From Terriglobia bacterium (GTDB taxonomy: Bacteria; Acidobacteriota; Polarisedimenticolia; Polarisedimenticolales; JAIQFR01): DNA of 64,000 bases. Positions 20,195 to 30,110 of this stretch are shown one piece after another (the stretch's first letter is position 1; each line of letters opens with the position of its first letter). A program made the translations under genes and the position numbers. The stretch covers positions 96,001 through 160,000 of the forward strand of contig CAVVHE010000006.1 in assembly GCA_963748015.1 (NCBI GenBank). Direction: 5' to 3'. Below the pieces are notes generated by a model. That model worked only from the letters and a program-made list of their open reading frames with translations. It had not been told where the DNA came from and ran no database searches.

Positions 20195-22576
20195 CTATGG
20201 AAGCGTGCGGCGGCGGCCCGCGATCGCGGCGCGCTCGCGATCGTCTAGGCCTCGAGCCGCGAGGGCGCGGTCGTACAGCTCCGCCGCCTGCTTCGAGCGG
20301 CCTTTCCTGCCGTAAAGGTCTCCCAGCATGAGGACGGCGTCCCCGAACGCCGGGTGGGTCGCGACCAGGGCCTCGAGCGTCGCGGTCGCGTCGCTCTCCT
20401 TCCCCTGCTGCAGCTCGTAGTAGGCGCGGCTGAACGCGTACTTCGGCTCCGCGGGCTGAAGCTCGGCGGCCCGCCGGCACAGGCTCGCCGCCTGGGCGGG
20501 ATCCCGAGCCCCCACCAGGACCGCCAGGTTGTAGGCGGCGGGAGCGAGCGAGGGATCGGCGTCGAGAGCCTGCCGGAGAGCGGCCTCGGCCTGGTCGCTC
20601 TTTCCCATCTCCGCGAGCAGCAGGCCGAGATTGAACGAGGAGGCGGCGTTGCGCGGGTTCGCCCGCAGGGCCTGCCTCAGCAGCCCCTCGGCCTCCTCGT
20701 TGCGCCCCTGCCGGCTGAGATCGATCGCGAGGTTCGCGGCGGACATGTAGAACTGGTCGTCGATGGCCAGGGCCTTCCGGTACTGCTTCTCCGCCTCGCC
20801 GGGCCGGCCCAGCGCGTCCTCGAGCAGCGCCCAGTTGTGGCGGCCGGACGGCATGTCGGCCGAGTACGCCAGGATGCTCCGGTACTCCTCGAGCGCCGCG
20901 CGGAACGCCCCCTGCTGGGACTCGCTCAGCGCCTCCGGCGGCGCCCCGGCGAGACGCGACGCCGCCTCGGCGCGCACGCCGAGGACCGGGTCCTTGAGGA
21001 GCGGGGCGACGGCCTTGACGAAATGCGCGGGGTCGTCGTGGCGGAAGCGGTTCACGGCGGTCCGGCGGATCAGGGCGTCCTCGTCGCCCATGGCCTGCTC
21101 GAGGAGCCTCGTGCTGTCCTCGCCGGGATATCCCCACAGGAGGTCGAGCGCCGTGGCGCGCACGATCGCGGGCCGCAGCCGGTCGCCGGCCAGCGCGAGC
21201 AGCTCGGCCCGCGCCTCGGGCCGTCCCTCGCGCGCCGCCGCGAGAACGGTCCCGTAGTGGGGCTTGCGCTTCGCGCCGTACCACTTGTCGTAGCCCGCCA
21301 CGACCCACTTGAGGGGCTTGTCCGCGTGGCACCCCGCCTGGCTGCAGGCGTTCGGCGTGCCGATCGCCTGCGAGAGGTCGGGCCGCGGCACGCGCATGCT
21401 GTGGTCGCGCCGGAAGTGGACCACCATGTAGTTCCGTCCCGGCATGTGGCACGCGGTGCAGGTCGCCCCGTCGCTCGGCTTCCCCTGGTACACCTTCTTG
21501 TGGAAGTGGTGCGACGCGGTGTCGTAGGTGTCGGCCCGGTGGCACCGGAGGCAGAGCTCGTTCCCCTCCTTGTACCGCTTCGCGGAGTGCACGTCGTGGC
21601 AGTCGCTGCACCGGACGCCCTTGTCGTACATCTTGCTTTGCAGGAAGGAATGGACCTCGTACACCTCGTCCAGGATCTGGCCGTCGGGATGGAAGAGGCC
21701 CGGGGCGAGGAGCGTCGGCAGGTGGGCGTCGAGCGGCTCCGCCGCGGGCCGGTCCATGTCCTTCAATTCGGCGCGGCGCGAATGGCAGGGCGCGCAGAGG
21801 TCGACGAGGTCGCGCTGCGCCATGGAGGAGGTCTTCACCGTGAGCGCCGCGTTCGCGACCGGGGGCCGGCCCATCGCGGGCTTCTTTCCCCACGCCACGT
21901 GCAGCGATCCGGGGCCGTGGCAGGCCTCGCACCCGACGAAGATCTCCGCCCAGGTGGTGCTGTAGGTGTCCGCCTCCGGGTCGTAGCGCTTGCGCACGCC
22001 CGTCGAGTGGCACTGCGAGCACATGGTGTTCCAGTTGAGCGCGGGCCGCGTCCAGTGGAGCCAGTCGCTGGGAGGAACCTTCTGGCCGGGATAAAGGGAG
22101 AACCACCGCTTCTTCGGCACGTCCCACGCGACCGAGAGACATTGCAGCCGGCCGCCCGGAAACTGGACGATGTACTGCTGCAGCGGGGTCCACCCGAACG
22201 CGTAGGCGATCTCGAACTCCGCGGGCGGCCCCGCGAGGTCGTCGGTGCGGACGAAGTACTTGTCCCCCCGCGTCGAGAACCGCCAGGTCTTGCCGCTCTC
22301 CTCGAAGACCGCGTCCCGGAAGTCTCCCAGGACCGTGTTCGGTCGTGGCGCGAGCATCGCGAGCGCGTGGTGGGATCCCTTCCACCCGTCGTACGCCTTC
22401 GCGTGGCACTCGCGGCAGGCCTCGCTCCCGACGTAGAGCGGCACGGAGGGGGGTGCCGGCTTGGGACCGCGAACGGCCCGCGCCGCGAGATAGAGCGGGA
22501 CCGACAGCGCCAGGACCGCCGTCGCGGCGACGCCGACCTTCCGCCAGCGATCGAGAACGTCGGGCGTCGCGCTCAC
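20195..22576 (-). CDS. Membrane-anchored multiheme c-type cytochrome with HEAT/TPR C-terminus
   Basis: CRECH, CSQCH, CEACH, CAPCH, CSDCH, CLRCH, CTACH plus atypical CSQAGCH; N-terminal TM; TPR repeats; GTG start overlaps the Rieske TGA (GTGA). Confidence 0.9.
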   Translation of the reverse strand: MSATPDVLDRWRKVGVAATAVLALSVPLYLAARAVRGPKPAPPSVPLYVGSEACRECHAKAYDGWKGSHHALAMLAPRPNTVLGDFRDAVFEESGKTWRFSTRGDKYFVRTDDLAGPPAEFEIAYAFGWTPLQQYIVQFPGGRLQCLSVAWDVPKKRWFSLYPGQKVPPSDWLHWTRPALNWNTMCSQCHSTGVRKRYDPEADTYSTTWAEIFVGCEACHGPGSLHVAWGKKPAMGRPPVANAALTVKTSSMAQRDLVDLCAPCHSRRAELKDMDRPAAEPLDAHLPTLLAPGLFHPDGQILDEVYEVHSFLQSKMYDKGVRCSDCHDVHSAKRYKEGNELCLRCHRADTYDTASHHFHKKVYQGKPSDGATCTACHMPGRNYMVVHFRRDHSMRVPRPDLSQAIGTPNACSQAGCHADKPLKWVVAGYDKWYGAKRKPHYGTVLAAAREGRPEARAELLALAGDRLRPAIVRATALDLLWGYPGEDSTRLLEQAMGDEDALIRRTAVNRFRHDDPAHFVKAVAPLLKDPVLGVRAEAASRLAGAPPEALSESQQGAFRAALEEYRSILAYSADMPSGRHNWALLEDALGRPGEAEKQYRKALAIDDQFYMSAANLAIDLSRQGRNEEAEGLLRQALRANPRNAASSFNLGLLLAEMGKSDQAEAALRQALDADPSLAPAAYNLAVLVGARDPAQAASLCRRAAELQPAEPKYAFSRAYYELQQGKESDATATLEALVATHPAFGDAVLMLGDLYGRKGRSKQAAELYDRALAARGLDDRERAAIAGRRRTLP

Positions 22577-23055
22577 AGGTAGGTCACCTGCGACGGCTCG
22601 AACCGCTCTCGCCGAACCTTCTTCCTCGTGTCCACGCGCACCACGCCCCCCTCGATCGTCACGGGGAAGAGATCGAGCGCGCGCGGGGCGGGAGGGCTGA
22701 GCACCTGCCCCGTCATGTCGAACGCGGAGCCGTGGCAGGGGCACGGGAACTTCCGGTCCTTCTCGCTCCACGGCACGGTGCACTGGAGGTGGGTGCAGGT
22801 GCTCGACAGCGCGAGGAACCCGCCGTCCTGGAGGCGAACGAGATAGAAGCGCCCGCCCGGGAACGCCGTCACCGAGGACGGCGTGAATTCCGCGACCGGC
22901 CCCGCGTCCACGATCCCCTGGTCGGACGCGCCGGGAGCACCCTTGCGCGGCCACAGGTAGGCGACGGTGACCACGCCGAGCTGCGCCGCCGCGGCGACGC
23001 CGAGGACCTTCCAGAGCGTGCCGAGGAATCCCCGGCGCGTCGTCTCGCTCACCAT
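22573..23055 (-). CDS. Rieske [2Fe-2S] protein
   Basis: Tat motif TRRGFL; CTHLQC and CPCHGS boxes. Confidence 0.93.
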   Translation of the reverse strand: MVSETTRRGFLGTLWKVLGVAAAAQLGVVTVAYLWPRKGAPGASDQGIVDAGPVAEFTPSSVTAFPGGRFYLVRLQDGGFLALSSTCTHLQCTVPWSEKDRKFPCPCHGSAFDMTGQVLSPPAPRALDLFPVTIEGGVVRVDTRKKVRRERFEPSQVTYL

Positions 23056-24413
23056 GGCCACTCCAGGCGCATCCCTTGGCCCCGGAAGAGGACCCCGACG
23101 GCCGTGAGCACGAGGAAAGCCACGGTCACGAACGAGAAGAGCGACTGCACGGTCTCGAGACGCGAGAGCGACAGCGACCGCTTCAAAAGGAGCACGAGTA
23201 CCCCGGCCACGAATCCCCAGAGGACGAGCGGAACGAGACCGCCGGCGATCGCCGCCGGCAGGGCAGGAAAGAGGCGCGACCACTGCAGGACGTGCTCATC
23301 GAGGAGCACCGCGACCGGGACGATCAGGAGCGCCGCCGCCGCGGCCAGGAGGGCCGCGCGCCTCCCGCGCTCCGAGTGGAACCACGAGCCGGTCGGCGCC
23401 TCGCCGTAACGCAGGAACGGAAGGCCGGCGAGGAACGCGCAGACGAGCAGGGGGACCACCACCACGGCGAACGACGGGTGCAGGTGGACCAGCAGCTCCT
23501 GGATGCCCATGAAGTACCAGGGCGCTTTCGCAGGGTTCGGGCTCATCCCGGCATTCGCCTGCTCCTCGAGCGGCGCCGGGACGACGGCCGCGATCGCCAG
23601 GAGGACGGCGAGCAGCACCAGCGAGGCGACCCCTTCGCGGACGAGGAGGTTCGGCCGAACGGGGACCAGGGTGGGGCGCGGGGCGCCGCCCCGGCCCGAT
23701 CCGCCCGGGAGCATGACGCCTCCCGCCTTTCGCACGAGCCAGAAGTGGAACCCCGTCAGCAGGAAGAGCAGGATCGGGAGCAGCGCGATGTGGAGGACGA
23801 AGAACAGCGAGAGGGTCTTCGGCCCCACCTCGTCCCCTCCACGCGCCATGCGCTGGAGCGCATCGCCGACGAGCGGCACGTACTGGAGCATCCCGGTGCC
23901 GATCGTCACGGCCCAGTAGGCCAGCTGGTCCCACGGGAGCAGGTAGCCGGTGAAGTCCGCGGCCATCACGACGAGGAGCATCCCGAGCCCCAGGCCCCAG
24001 TTGAAGCGGCGCGGAGGGAGGAACGCCCCCGTGAAGAACACTCGGAGGAGGTGGAGGAAGGCGACCACGAGCAGGAGGTTCCCCGCCCAGTGGTGGATGC
24101 CGCGGACGAACGCGCCGAACGGCACCTCCTCCTGGATCGACGCGACCGAGGCGTAGGCGCGCTCGGTCGACGGCTCGTAGGAGAAGAGGAGCAGCGCTCC
24201 CGTCGCGATCAACACCAGGAAGAGGACCAGGGCCATCCCGCCGAGGCCGAAGGTGCGCTCGAGCGCGAGCGATTCCTCCGGCACCATCTTCGGATGGAGG
24301 TGAAGCAGGAGGTTCGAGAAGCCCGACGGTTTCTTCGCGGCGGGAACCGCCGGGGCAGCCGGAGCCTTCGCCCCGGCCGCTCGCGGTTCAGATCCGGTCT
24401 TGTCCTCGCCCAT
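23049..24413 (-). CDS. Cytochrome b (b/b6 family, single chain)
   Basis: Four His ligands (GIHHW, FLHLL, VLHIA, GFHFW); TGYLLPWDQLAYWA; NPAKAPWYF in place of PEWY. Confidence 0.92.
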   Translation of the reverse strand: MGEDKTGSEPRAAGAKAPAAPAVPAAKKPSGFSNLLLHLHPKMVPEESLALERTFGLGGMALVLFLVLIATGALLLFSYEPSTERAYASVASIQEEVPFGAFVRGIHHWAGNLLLVVAFLHLLRVFFTGAFLPPRRFNWGLGLGMLLVVMAADFTGYLLPWDQLAYWAVTIGTGMLQYVPLVGDALQRMARGGDEVGPKTLSLFFVLHIALLPILLFLLTGFHFWLVRKAGGVMLPGGSGRGGAPRPTLVPVRPNLLVREGVASLVLLAVLLAIAAVVPAPLEEQANAGMSPNPAKAPWYFMGIQELLVHLHPSFAVVVVPLLVCAFLAGLPFLRYGEAPTGSWFHSERGRRAALLAAAAALLIVPVAVLLDEHVLQWSRLFPALPAAIAGGLVPLVLWGFVAGVLVLLLKRSLSLSRLETVQSLFSFVTVAFLVLTAVGVLFRGQGMRLEWPW

Positions 24414-24481
24414 GCCGGCCCCGAGCCCCCCGCTCTCGTCCGTCCAGCGGAGCATAGCACCGGCCGGGTGGGAGTCTCACC

Positions 24482-26041
24482 TCAGTTGGCGTTCTTCGGC
24501 GCGGCCTGGAGCGTCTCGAGAACCTGGTCGAGGCTGAAGCTACCGACCTTCTGGCTCGGCGGGAACTCCCCGAACGTGCCGAGGAACCGCGCGACGTACT
24601 GCTGCGCCGGCACGAGGATGAACATGTGATCGATCCTCCACCGCCAGAAGTCGATGGCGTGGTCGGCCGCCTCGAAGGGGTCCGAGCGGAGGTTGTAGAC
24701 TTTGGGAACGCGCAACGTCGTGTACTGCTCCTGCCACCCGTCGGCGCCCTCGCCGCGTTGCTCCTGAAAGACGACCTTGTACTGCTGATAGCGCATCGCG
24801 GTCAGGTTGCCGTCGTCGCCGAAGTAGAAGAACTCCTTGCGCGGGCTGGGGGCCTTGCCGGCGAGCGCGTCGGTGAGGTCGTAGCCGTCGAGGTGCACCT
24901 TGAAGGTCTTGTCGCCGACCTTCATGCCCTTGAGCAGCCGCTCCTTCACGTCGGGCACGCCGGCGGCCGCCATCAGCGTGGGGAGCATGTCCTCGTGGGC
25001 GAAGATGTCGTTGAGCACGGTGCCGGGCTTGATCGTGCCGGGCCAGCGAATGGCGCAGGGCACCCGGAAGCCGCCTTCCCACTGCGTGCCCTTCTCGCCG
25101 CGGAAGGGAGACTGGCCGCCGTCGGGCCAGGTCATCTTCTCCGCGCCGTTGTCCGTCGAGTACATGACGATCGTGTTCTGATCGAGGCCCAGCTCCTTGA
25201 GCTTGTCCAGCAGCTGGCCGACCATCGCGTCGTGCTCGACCATGCCGTCGGGATAGGTGCCGAGCCCCGTCTTGCCCTTGCTGCCTTCCTTCAGGTGCGT
25301 CCAGATGTGCATGCGGGTGGAGTTCCACCAGAGGAAGAACGGCTTGTCCGACTTCTTGGCCTTCTCGAGATAGGCCAGCGCGGCGTCGGTGAACTCCTGG
25401 TCGATGGTCTCCATTCGCTTCTTGCCCAGGGGGCCGGTGGACTCGATCCTCTGCGTGCCGTCGGGGTTCGCCCAGGCGTGGATCACGCCGCGCGTCTGGT
25501 ACTTCTTGATCAGCTCCGGGTCCTTGAAGTAGTCCGGATTCTCGAACTCCTCCTCGGCGTTGAGGTGGTAGAGCGAGCCGAAGAACTCGTCGAACCCGTG
25601 CGCGGTGGGAAGGTGCTCGTCGAGGTCGCCGAGATGGTTCTTGCCGAACTGCGCCGTCATGTAACCCTGCGCCTTGAGCAGCTGCGCGAGCGTGACATCC
25701 CGCGCCTGGAGCCCTTCCTTCGCGCCGGGCAGGCCGACCTTGAGCAGGCCGGTGCGAAAGCCGCTCTGCCCGGTCAGGAACGCCGCGCGCCCCGCGGTGC
25801 AGCTCTGCTGGCCGTACCAGTCGGTGAACAGCGCGCCTTCCCTCGCGATGCGATCGATGTTGGGCGTTCTATAGCCCATCATCCCCTGGTTATAGGCGCT
25901 GACGTTCCAGTAGCCGACGTCGTCGCCCCAGAGGACGAGGATGTTGGGCTTCTTGGCCGCCTGCTGGGCCCATGCCGGGCCGGCCACGGCCGTTAGCGCG
26001 ATCGTGACGACGATCGCGGCGATCGCTTGTCTGCTCCGCAT
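24482..26041 (-). CDS. Arylsulfatase (Cys-type, CTAGR motif)
   Basis: AAGGAG RBS; signal peptide; KPNILVLWGDDVG; SCTAGRAAFLTGQ; GKNHLGD. Confidence 0.93.
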   Translation of the reverse strand: MRSRQAIAAIVVTIALTAVAGPAWAQQAAKKPNILVLWGDDVGYWNVSAYNQGMMGYRTPNIDRIAREGALFTDWYGQQSCTAGRAAFLTGQSGFRTGLLKVGLPGAKEGLQARDVTLAQLLKAQGYMTAQFGKNHLGDLDEHLPTAHGFDEFFGSLYHLNAEEEFENPDYFKDPELIKKYQTRGVIHAWANPDGTQRIESTGPLGKKRMETIDQEFTDAALAYLEKAKKSDKPFFLWWNSTRMHIWTHLKEGSKGKTGLGTYPDGMVEHDAMVGQLLDKLKELGLDQNTIVMYSTDNGAEKMTWPDGGQSPFRGEKGTQWEGGFRVPCAIRWPGTIKPGTVLNDIFAHEDMLPTLMAAAGVPDVKERLLKGMKVGDKTFKVHLDGYDLTDALAGKAPSPRKEFFYFGDDGNLTAMRYQQYKVVFQEQRGEGADGWQEQYTTLRVPKVYNLRSDPFEAADHAIDFWRWRIDHMFILVPAQQYVARFLGTFGEFPPSQKVGSFSLDQVLETLQAAPKNAN

Positions 26042-26315
26042 TCGGACACTCCTTATTGGACGCCGTTCTTGCCGGCGTGATGCCGCGACGATCCTGCTCA
26101 TCTGTTTGATTGATCCAGCCGTGCGGTTATGGCGCTCCGTTCGCGATTCACCACAATGTTCACCCTTTGCGTCCCATTTGTCAAACGCACCCGTACGAAC
26201 GGGCCCGCCGGGTGACGATGGCAGGGCCTCGGCCTGCAGCTCGGCGCCTTCTCTTCGAGCGCCTTCGAGCGTATAAGAGCTCTTGATCCCCGGCATTCGG
26301 ATTGGAGATGCCGCC

Positions 26316-27429
26316 ATGACGGCGAGAGTGACGACATGCCTTGCGCTCGTGCTGGCCGCGACGATCGCGTCCTCGTCGGCCGGGGCTTCATCGCCGGCCT
26401 TCGACTGCGCCAAGGCGAGCGGCGAGATCGAGGCGATGGTCTGCAAGGACGACGGGCTCGCCGCGCTCGACCGCAAGATGGCGGCCGCCTACGAGAAGGC
26501 GATGAAGGCCTGGCCCGCGGAGGAGGTCTCCAGGCAGAAGGCCCTCCAGCGGGGCTGGATCAAGGGGCGGAACGATTGCTGGAAAGCGGACGACAAGAGG
26601 TCCTGCGCGGAGCTGTCCTACCGCACCCGCATCGTCGAGCTGCAGATCCAGTCCGGGGAGCTCACCGCCCCCGAGCCGGTCGGCTACGCCTGCACCGGAT
26701 GGGAGAGCAAGCCCTTCTTCGCCACGTTCTACAATCGAAACCGATCCGCCGAGCGCCGTCATCACGTTCGGCGACGACCAGGTCATCGCGTTCCAGGCCC
26801 GGTCGGCCAGCGGCGCGAGGTACACCGCGGAGAACATGGAGTTCTGGGAGCACCACGGCGAGGCGGCCGTGGACTGGTATGGAATCGAGCTCCGGTGCAA
26901 GGCGCGGCCGCCGGCCGGTGCGCCGACTCGCGCGTTCGAGCGGACCCTCCGGCTCGGGGGGATCACGTTCGACGTATCGTGTCCGAACGACCGCTCGATT
27001 CCCACGCTCAGGATCGTGCCGGCGGGGCTCGAGGTGGACAACTCCGCCGTGATCCGCGAGGTGGAGGGCATCGTCGTGGGCGCCGAGGCCGCCGACCTCG
27101 ACGCGGACGGCTCGCCCGAGATCTACGTGTACGTGCAGTCGGTGGGGAGCGGCTCCTACGGCTCGCTCGCGGCCTACTCGGCGAACAACCGGAAGTCCCT
27201 GAGCCAGATTTATCTTCCACCCGTTGCCGCCGACGACAAGGCAGTCAAAGGCTATCAGGGGCACGACGCGTTCGCCGTGGAGGGGAACACCCTGGTTCGG
27301 CGGTTCCCGGTCTACCGGCAAGGCGACACCAACGCGGCGCCCACGGGCGGGACGCGGCAGCTCCGGTACAGGCTCGTCGCCGGAGAAGCGGGCTGGCTCC
27401 TGAAGCTCGACCGGGTCGTCGGCGACTAG
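26316..27429 (+). CDS. Probable LprI + MliC + PliI three-domain lysozyme inhibitor (one frameshift at ~26735)
   Basis: FDCAKA...MVCKDDGLAALDRKM...QRGWIKGRNDC (LprI); SASGARY...FWEHHGEA (MliC, continuous only after a one-base shift); ADLDADGSPEIYVYVQSVGSGSYG...GYQGHD (PliI-like). Confidence 0.75.
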
Positions 27430-27433
27430 CCGC

Positions 27434-28192
27434 TCAGTAATACCAGCGAGCTACGAGGGCGAAGACGTAGAGGCCGGAGGACTCGGGAAGCCGGTCCACC
27501 TGCCGCGCCACGGACGGCTCGAGCCGGAAGTGCCTGGTGAGGGCGATTTCCGCGCCGAGCTGGTAGAGCTCCCTGGCCCAGCCGTCGTAGCGCGTGTCGT
27601 AGAAGTACTCCGCCTGCAGGAAGACGTTCGACACCACGCCGAGCACCGTGAAGTCCCGGTTCAGCTCGCCGCGCAGGCGGTACCTCGTCGAGTAGTCCCC
27701 GTCGATCCAGCGAAGGTCCGCGCGGGTGCGCAGCTCGAAGAGGAACCGCGCGGGAAGGTAGGCTCTTCCGTGCACGGCGAGGATCCCCCGGTCCTCCGGG
27801 GTCGACATGACCTCGCCTTCCTGCTTGAAGACGTGGTCGTAGCCGATCCGGACCCAGAGGTACCGCTTCTTTCGCCAATCCTCTTGCGTCCGCCAGTCGT
27901 CCTGGCGTAGAACGTCCCGGGCGAACGGCCGGAACGTCATGTCGAAGTACCCGGCGACGTCCAGGGTCAGGAACTCCGATTCCTTCCCGGTCGCGTAGGC
28001 CGCCACGAAGTACGCCCGTCTCGTGGGGCCGAGCCCCTTGTAGAGGTTGAGCTCGGGCCAGAACTCCCAGGGGTCGCCGGCCCGCGCGGGGACGCTCAGG
28101 AGCAACGCGGCGAAAGCCGAAGATACCAGGATCCGGGCGGCCTTCGCCGCCGCACTCTTCGTGCGCCGGACGCCGTTCGGGGACGGGCTCAC
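27434..28192 (-). CDS. DUF2490-like outer-membrane beta-barrel protein
   Basis: Signal peptide; RTRADLRWIDGDYSTRYRLR; terminal aromatic residue (WYY). Confidence 0.7.
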   Translation of the reverse strand: MSPSPNGVRRTKSAAAKAARILVSSAFAALLLSVPARAGDPWEFWPELNLYKGLGPTRRAYFVAAYATGKESEFLTLDVAGYFDMTFRPFARDVLRQDDWRTQEDWRKKRYLWVRIGYDHVFKQEGEVMSTPEDRGILAVHGRAYLPARFLFELRTRADLRWIDGDYSTRYRLRGELNRDFTVLGVVSNVFLQAEYFYDTRYDGWARELYQLGAEIALTRHFRLEPSVARQVDRLPESSGLYVFALVARWYY

Positions 28193-28257
28193 TTGAGCCA
28201 GCCGCGCCGGGAGAAGTACCGAAGCTGGCCTACCACCACGATCACCATGAACGACAT
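28189..28257 (-). pseudogene. Possible C-terminal remnant of a CorA-type Mg2+ transporter
   Basis: MSFMVIVVVGQLRYFSRRGWLK* resembles the CorA terminal YFxRxGWL; its TGA overlaps the next GTG. Confidence 0.45.
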
Positions 28258-28332
28258 GGCAGTGCGTACACCATCACCCTCTCGCGGCCCTCGCGAGACG
28301 GTGTCGCCGAACCACCTGCGTGAAGCTCAGCG

Positions 28333-28902
28333 CTACTTCTTGCCGAAGCGGAAGTAGGCGCCGAGCGCATACTCCTGGAGCGAGCCGTCGACGTCCCACC
28401 CTTCCCATTCCGCGCGGAGGCCGAATCGCTTCCCGAGCTTCAGGTCGGCGCCGAGGCCATAGAGCAGCCTCCAGTCGGTGGTGCTGAGACTCGCCGAGGC
28501 GCCCGTGCCGGTCAGGGTCGAATCGACGGACACGTTGGAATAACCCAGCCTCGCGAACAGCTCGAACCTCTCGCCGACCGGGAGAATGCCCCTGAAGGCC
28601 ACGTCGGTGACCTTGACGTCGGCGGTGAACGTCTCGTTGTCTTTCGTCTGTTGGAGTTTGCCGAGGTCGTAATACGTGAGCTCTGCTCCGAAGTACTTGT
28701 TGAAGTTCCATCCACCGAAGATCTTCCAGCCGTCGGCGTTGGGGTCGAAGGACTCGCCGGAGGAGCTGAACGTCCCGCTCGAGCTCAGGTAGCTCGCGCC
28801 GAGGTAGGCTTCCTGGGCGTGCGCCGGCAGGCACACCCCGCACAGGGCGATCGTTGCAGCCGCCATCAGAACTCCGAGCCGAACGAAGAGTCGCTCTCGC
28901 AT
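28333..28902 (-). CDS. OmpA-like 8-stranded outer-membrane beta-barrel
   Basis: WKIFGGWNFNKYFGAELTYYDLG; GLRAEWE; paralog of 54421-54954. Confidence 0.85.
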   Translation of the reverse strand: MRERLFVRLGVLMAAATIALCGVCLPAHAQEAYLGASYLSSSGTFSSSGESFDPNADGWKIFGGWNFNKYFGAELTYYDLGKLQQTKDNETFTADVKVTDVAFRGILPVGERFELFARLGYSNVSVDSTLTGTGASASLSTTDWRLLYGLGADLKLGKRFGLRAEWEGWDVDGSLQEYALGAYFRFGKK

Positions 28903-29003
28903 CGAAAACCTCCTGGGGTCGGACCCGAAGGGCACCCCCCCTCTGACCCGCGAGGAACCCCCCGGCATGCCACCGCGACACGCCGGAGGGCAGTATCATA
29001 CCG

Positions 29004-29240
29004 CTACCCGATCCGCTGCGAGGCCGCCAGCAGCTCGGTCACCCCGGGCAGCTTCGAGGTGGTCGTCTTCTTCCACTGTGCCTCGAGCAGCTCCTTGGCG
29101 GCCTGCTCGAGGAACTCCGGCGCGGCCCACTTCCTCACGTCGAAATCGTTCTTGATCCTGTTCAGGCTCTTCGAGAGGCCGTTCTTCTTGCCTTTCAGGT
29201 CTTTCATCAGGTAGATGTCGTCCCTGGAGCGCACCATCAT
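29004..29240 (-). CDS. Small Lys-rich hypothetical protein or gene fragment
   Basis: GGAGG RBS before ATG; GC3-rich codons; no motif recognised. Confidence 0.4.
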   Translation of the reverse strand: MMVRSRDDIYLMKDLKGKKNGLSKSLNRIKNDFDVRKWAAPEFLEQAAKELLEAQWKKTTTSKLPGVTELLAASQRIG

Positions 29241-29352
29241 GCAGCCGCCTTCGTGCGGCGCGTGCGTCAAGCCCAGGAGCCGGGTCCTGCGGACGTCCGC
29301 GTGAACGTGGATGGGCGGGAACAAGCCGCCGAAACGGATGAGATTGTCCAGG

Positions 29353-30063
29353 TTAGGGCCCCATCTTCTTGTAGCCGGAGTTCTCGATCGCGATCGCGAG
29401 TTTCTGCGAGGCCACGTCCAGTTGTATCTTCTCCGGATAGACCGTGCCGTCCGGGAAGGCCCCGAACGCGACCTTCAGGCCGACCGCGTCCTTCTCCTTG
29501 TCGGTGAGCGTCGTGATCGTCACTCCCAGGATGCGGTCGGAAGCGGCGTTCACGTCGAACGTGAGCGAGTCCCCCGGCTTGAGGTAGTCCTTGATGACCA
29601 ACCGGACCTCACCCTTCGAGTTCGGCGGCGTCAGCGAGAGCCTGCTCTCCTCCTTCGCAGCCTGGATGCGGGCAGGGTCGGGCGGAACGTACTGCTTCAC
29701 GAGGGCGACCGCCTCCTTCACGGCGTCGGATAGCTCCTCCTTCTTGTTTTTTTGAACCTTCCCCCGGAGCCCCCCCTTCTTCTTCTCCTCGGTAGCGGTG
29801 AGGGGGATCTTCTGGAGCTTTCCGGCGACGTCGTAGTAGCAATTCTTCTGCGCCCGCGACTTTTCCTCGCCCTTCAGGGAAATCACCGTCGTCTCGATCC
29901 ACTCGTACTTCCGCAGCGCCACCATGCTCTTCTGGAGCGATTCCTTCACGGCAGTCACGTGGTCCGTCTTCCCGGCGGCTGCGTCCGGGGCCTGCTGCGC
30001 TGCAGCAGGCAAGTAGAGACAAGCGGACAGCAATGCGATGACACCGGTCCTACGCGCGAACAT
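29353..30063 (-). CDS. Exported hypothetical protein
   Basis: AAGGAG RBS; signal peptide; native codon usage. Confidence 0.75.
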   Translation of the reverse strand: MFARRTGVIALLSACLYLPAAAQQAPDAAAGKTDHVTAVKESLQKSMVALRKYEWIETTVISLKGEEKSRAQKNCYYDVAGKLQKIPLTATEEKKKGGLRGKVQKNKKEELSDAVKEAVALVKQYVPPDPARIQAAKEESRLSLTPPNSKGEVRLVIKDYLKPGDSLTFDVNAASDRILGVTITTLTDKEKDAVGLKVAFGAFPDGTVYPEKIQLDVASQKLAIAIENSGYKKMGP

Positions 30064-30110
30064 CGGGATCTCCTTTCGTCGAGCGATCTTGTTCTCGTCG
30101 AATCCGAGTC

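Noticed and set aside
29250..29330. PPIHVH resembling DUF4160 / toxin-antitoxin motifs
   Set aside because: Six residues only, with no supporting frame or partner gene.
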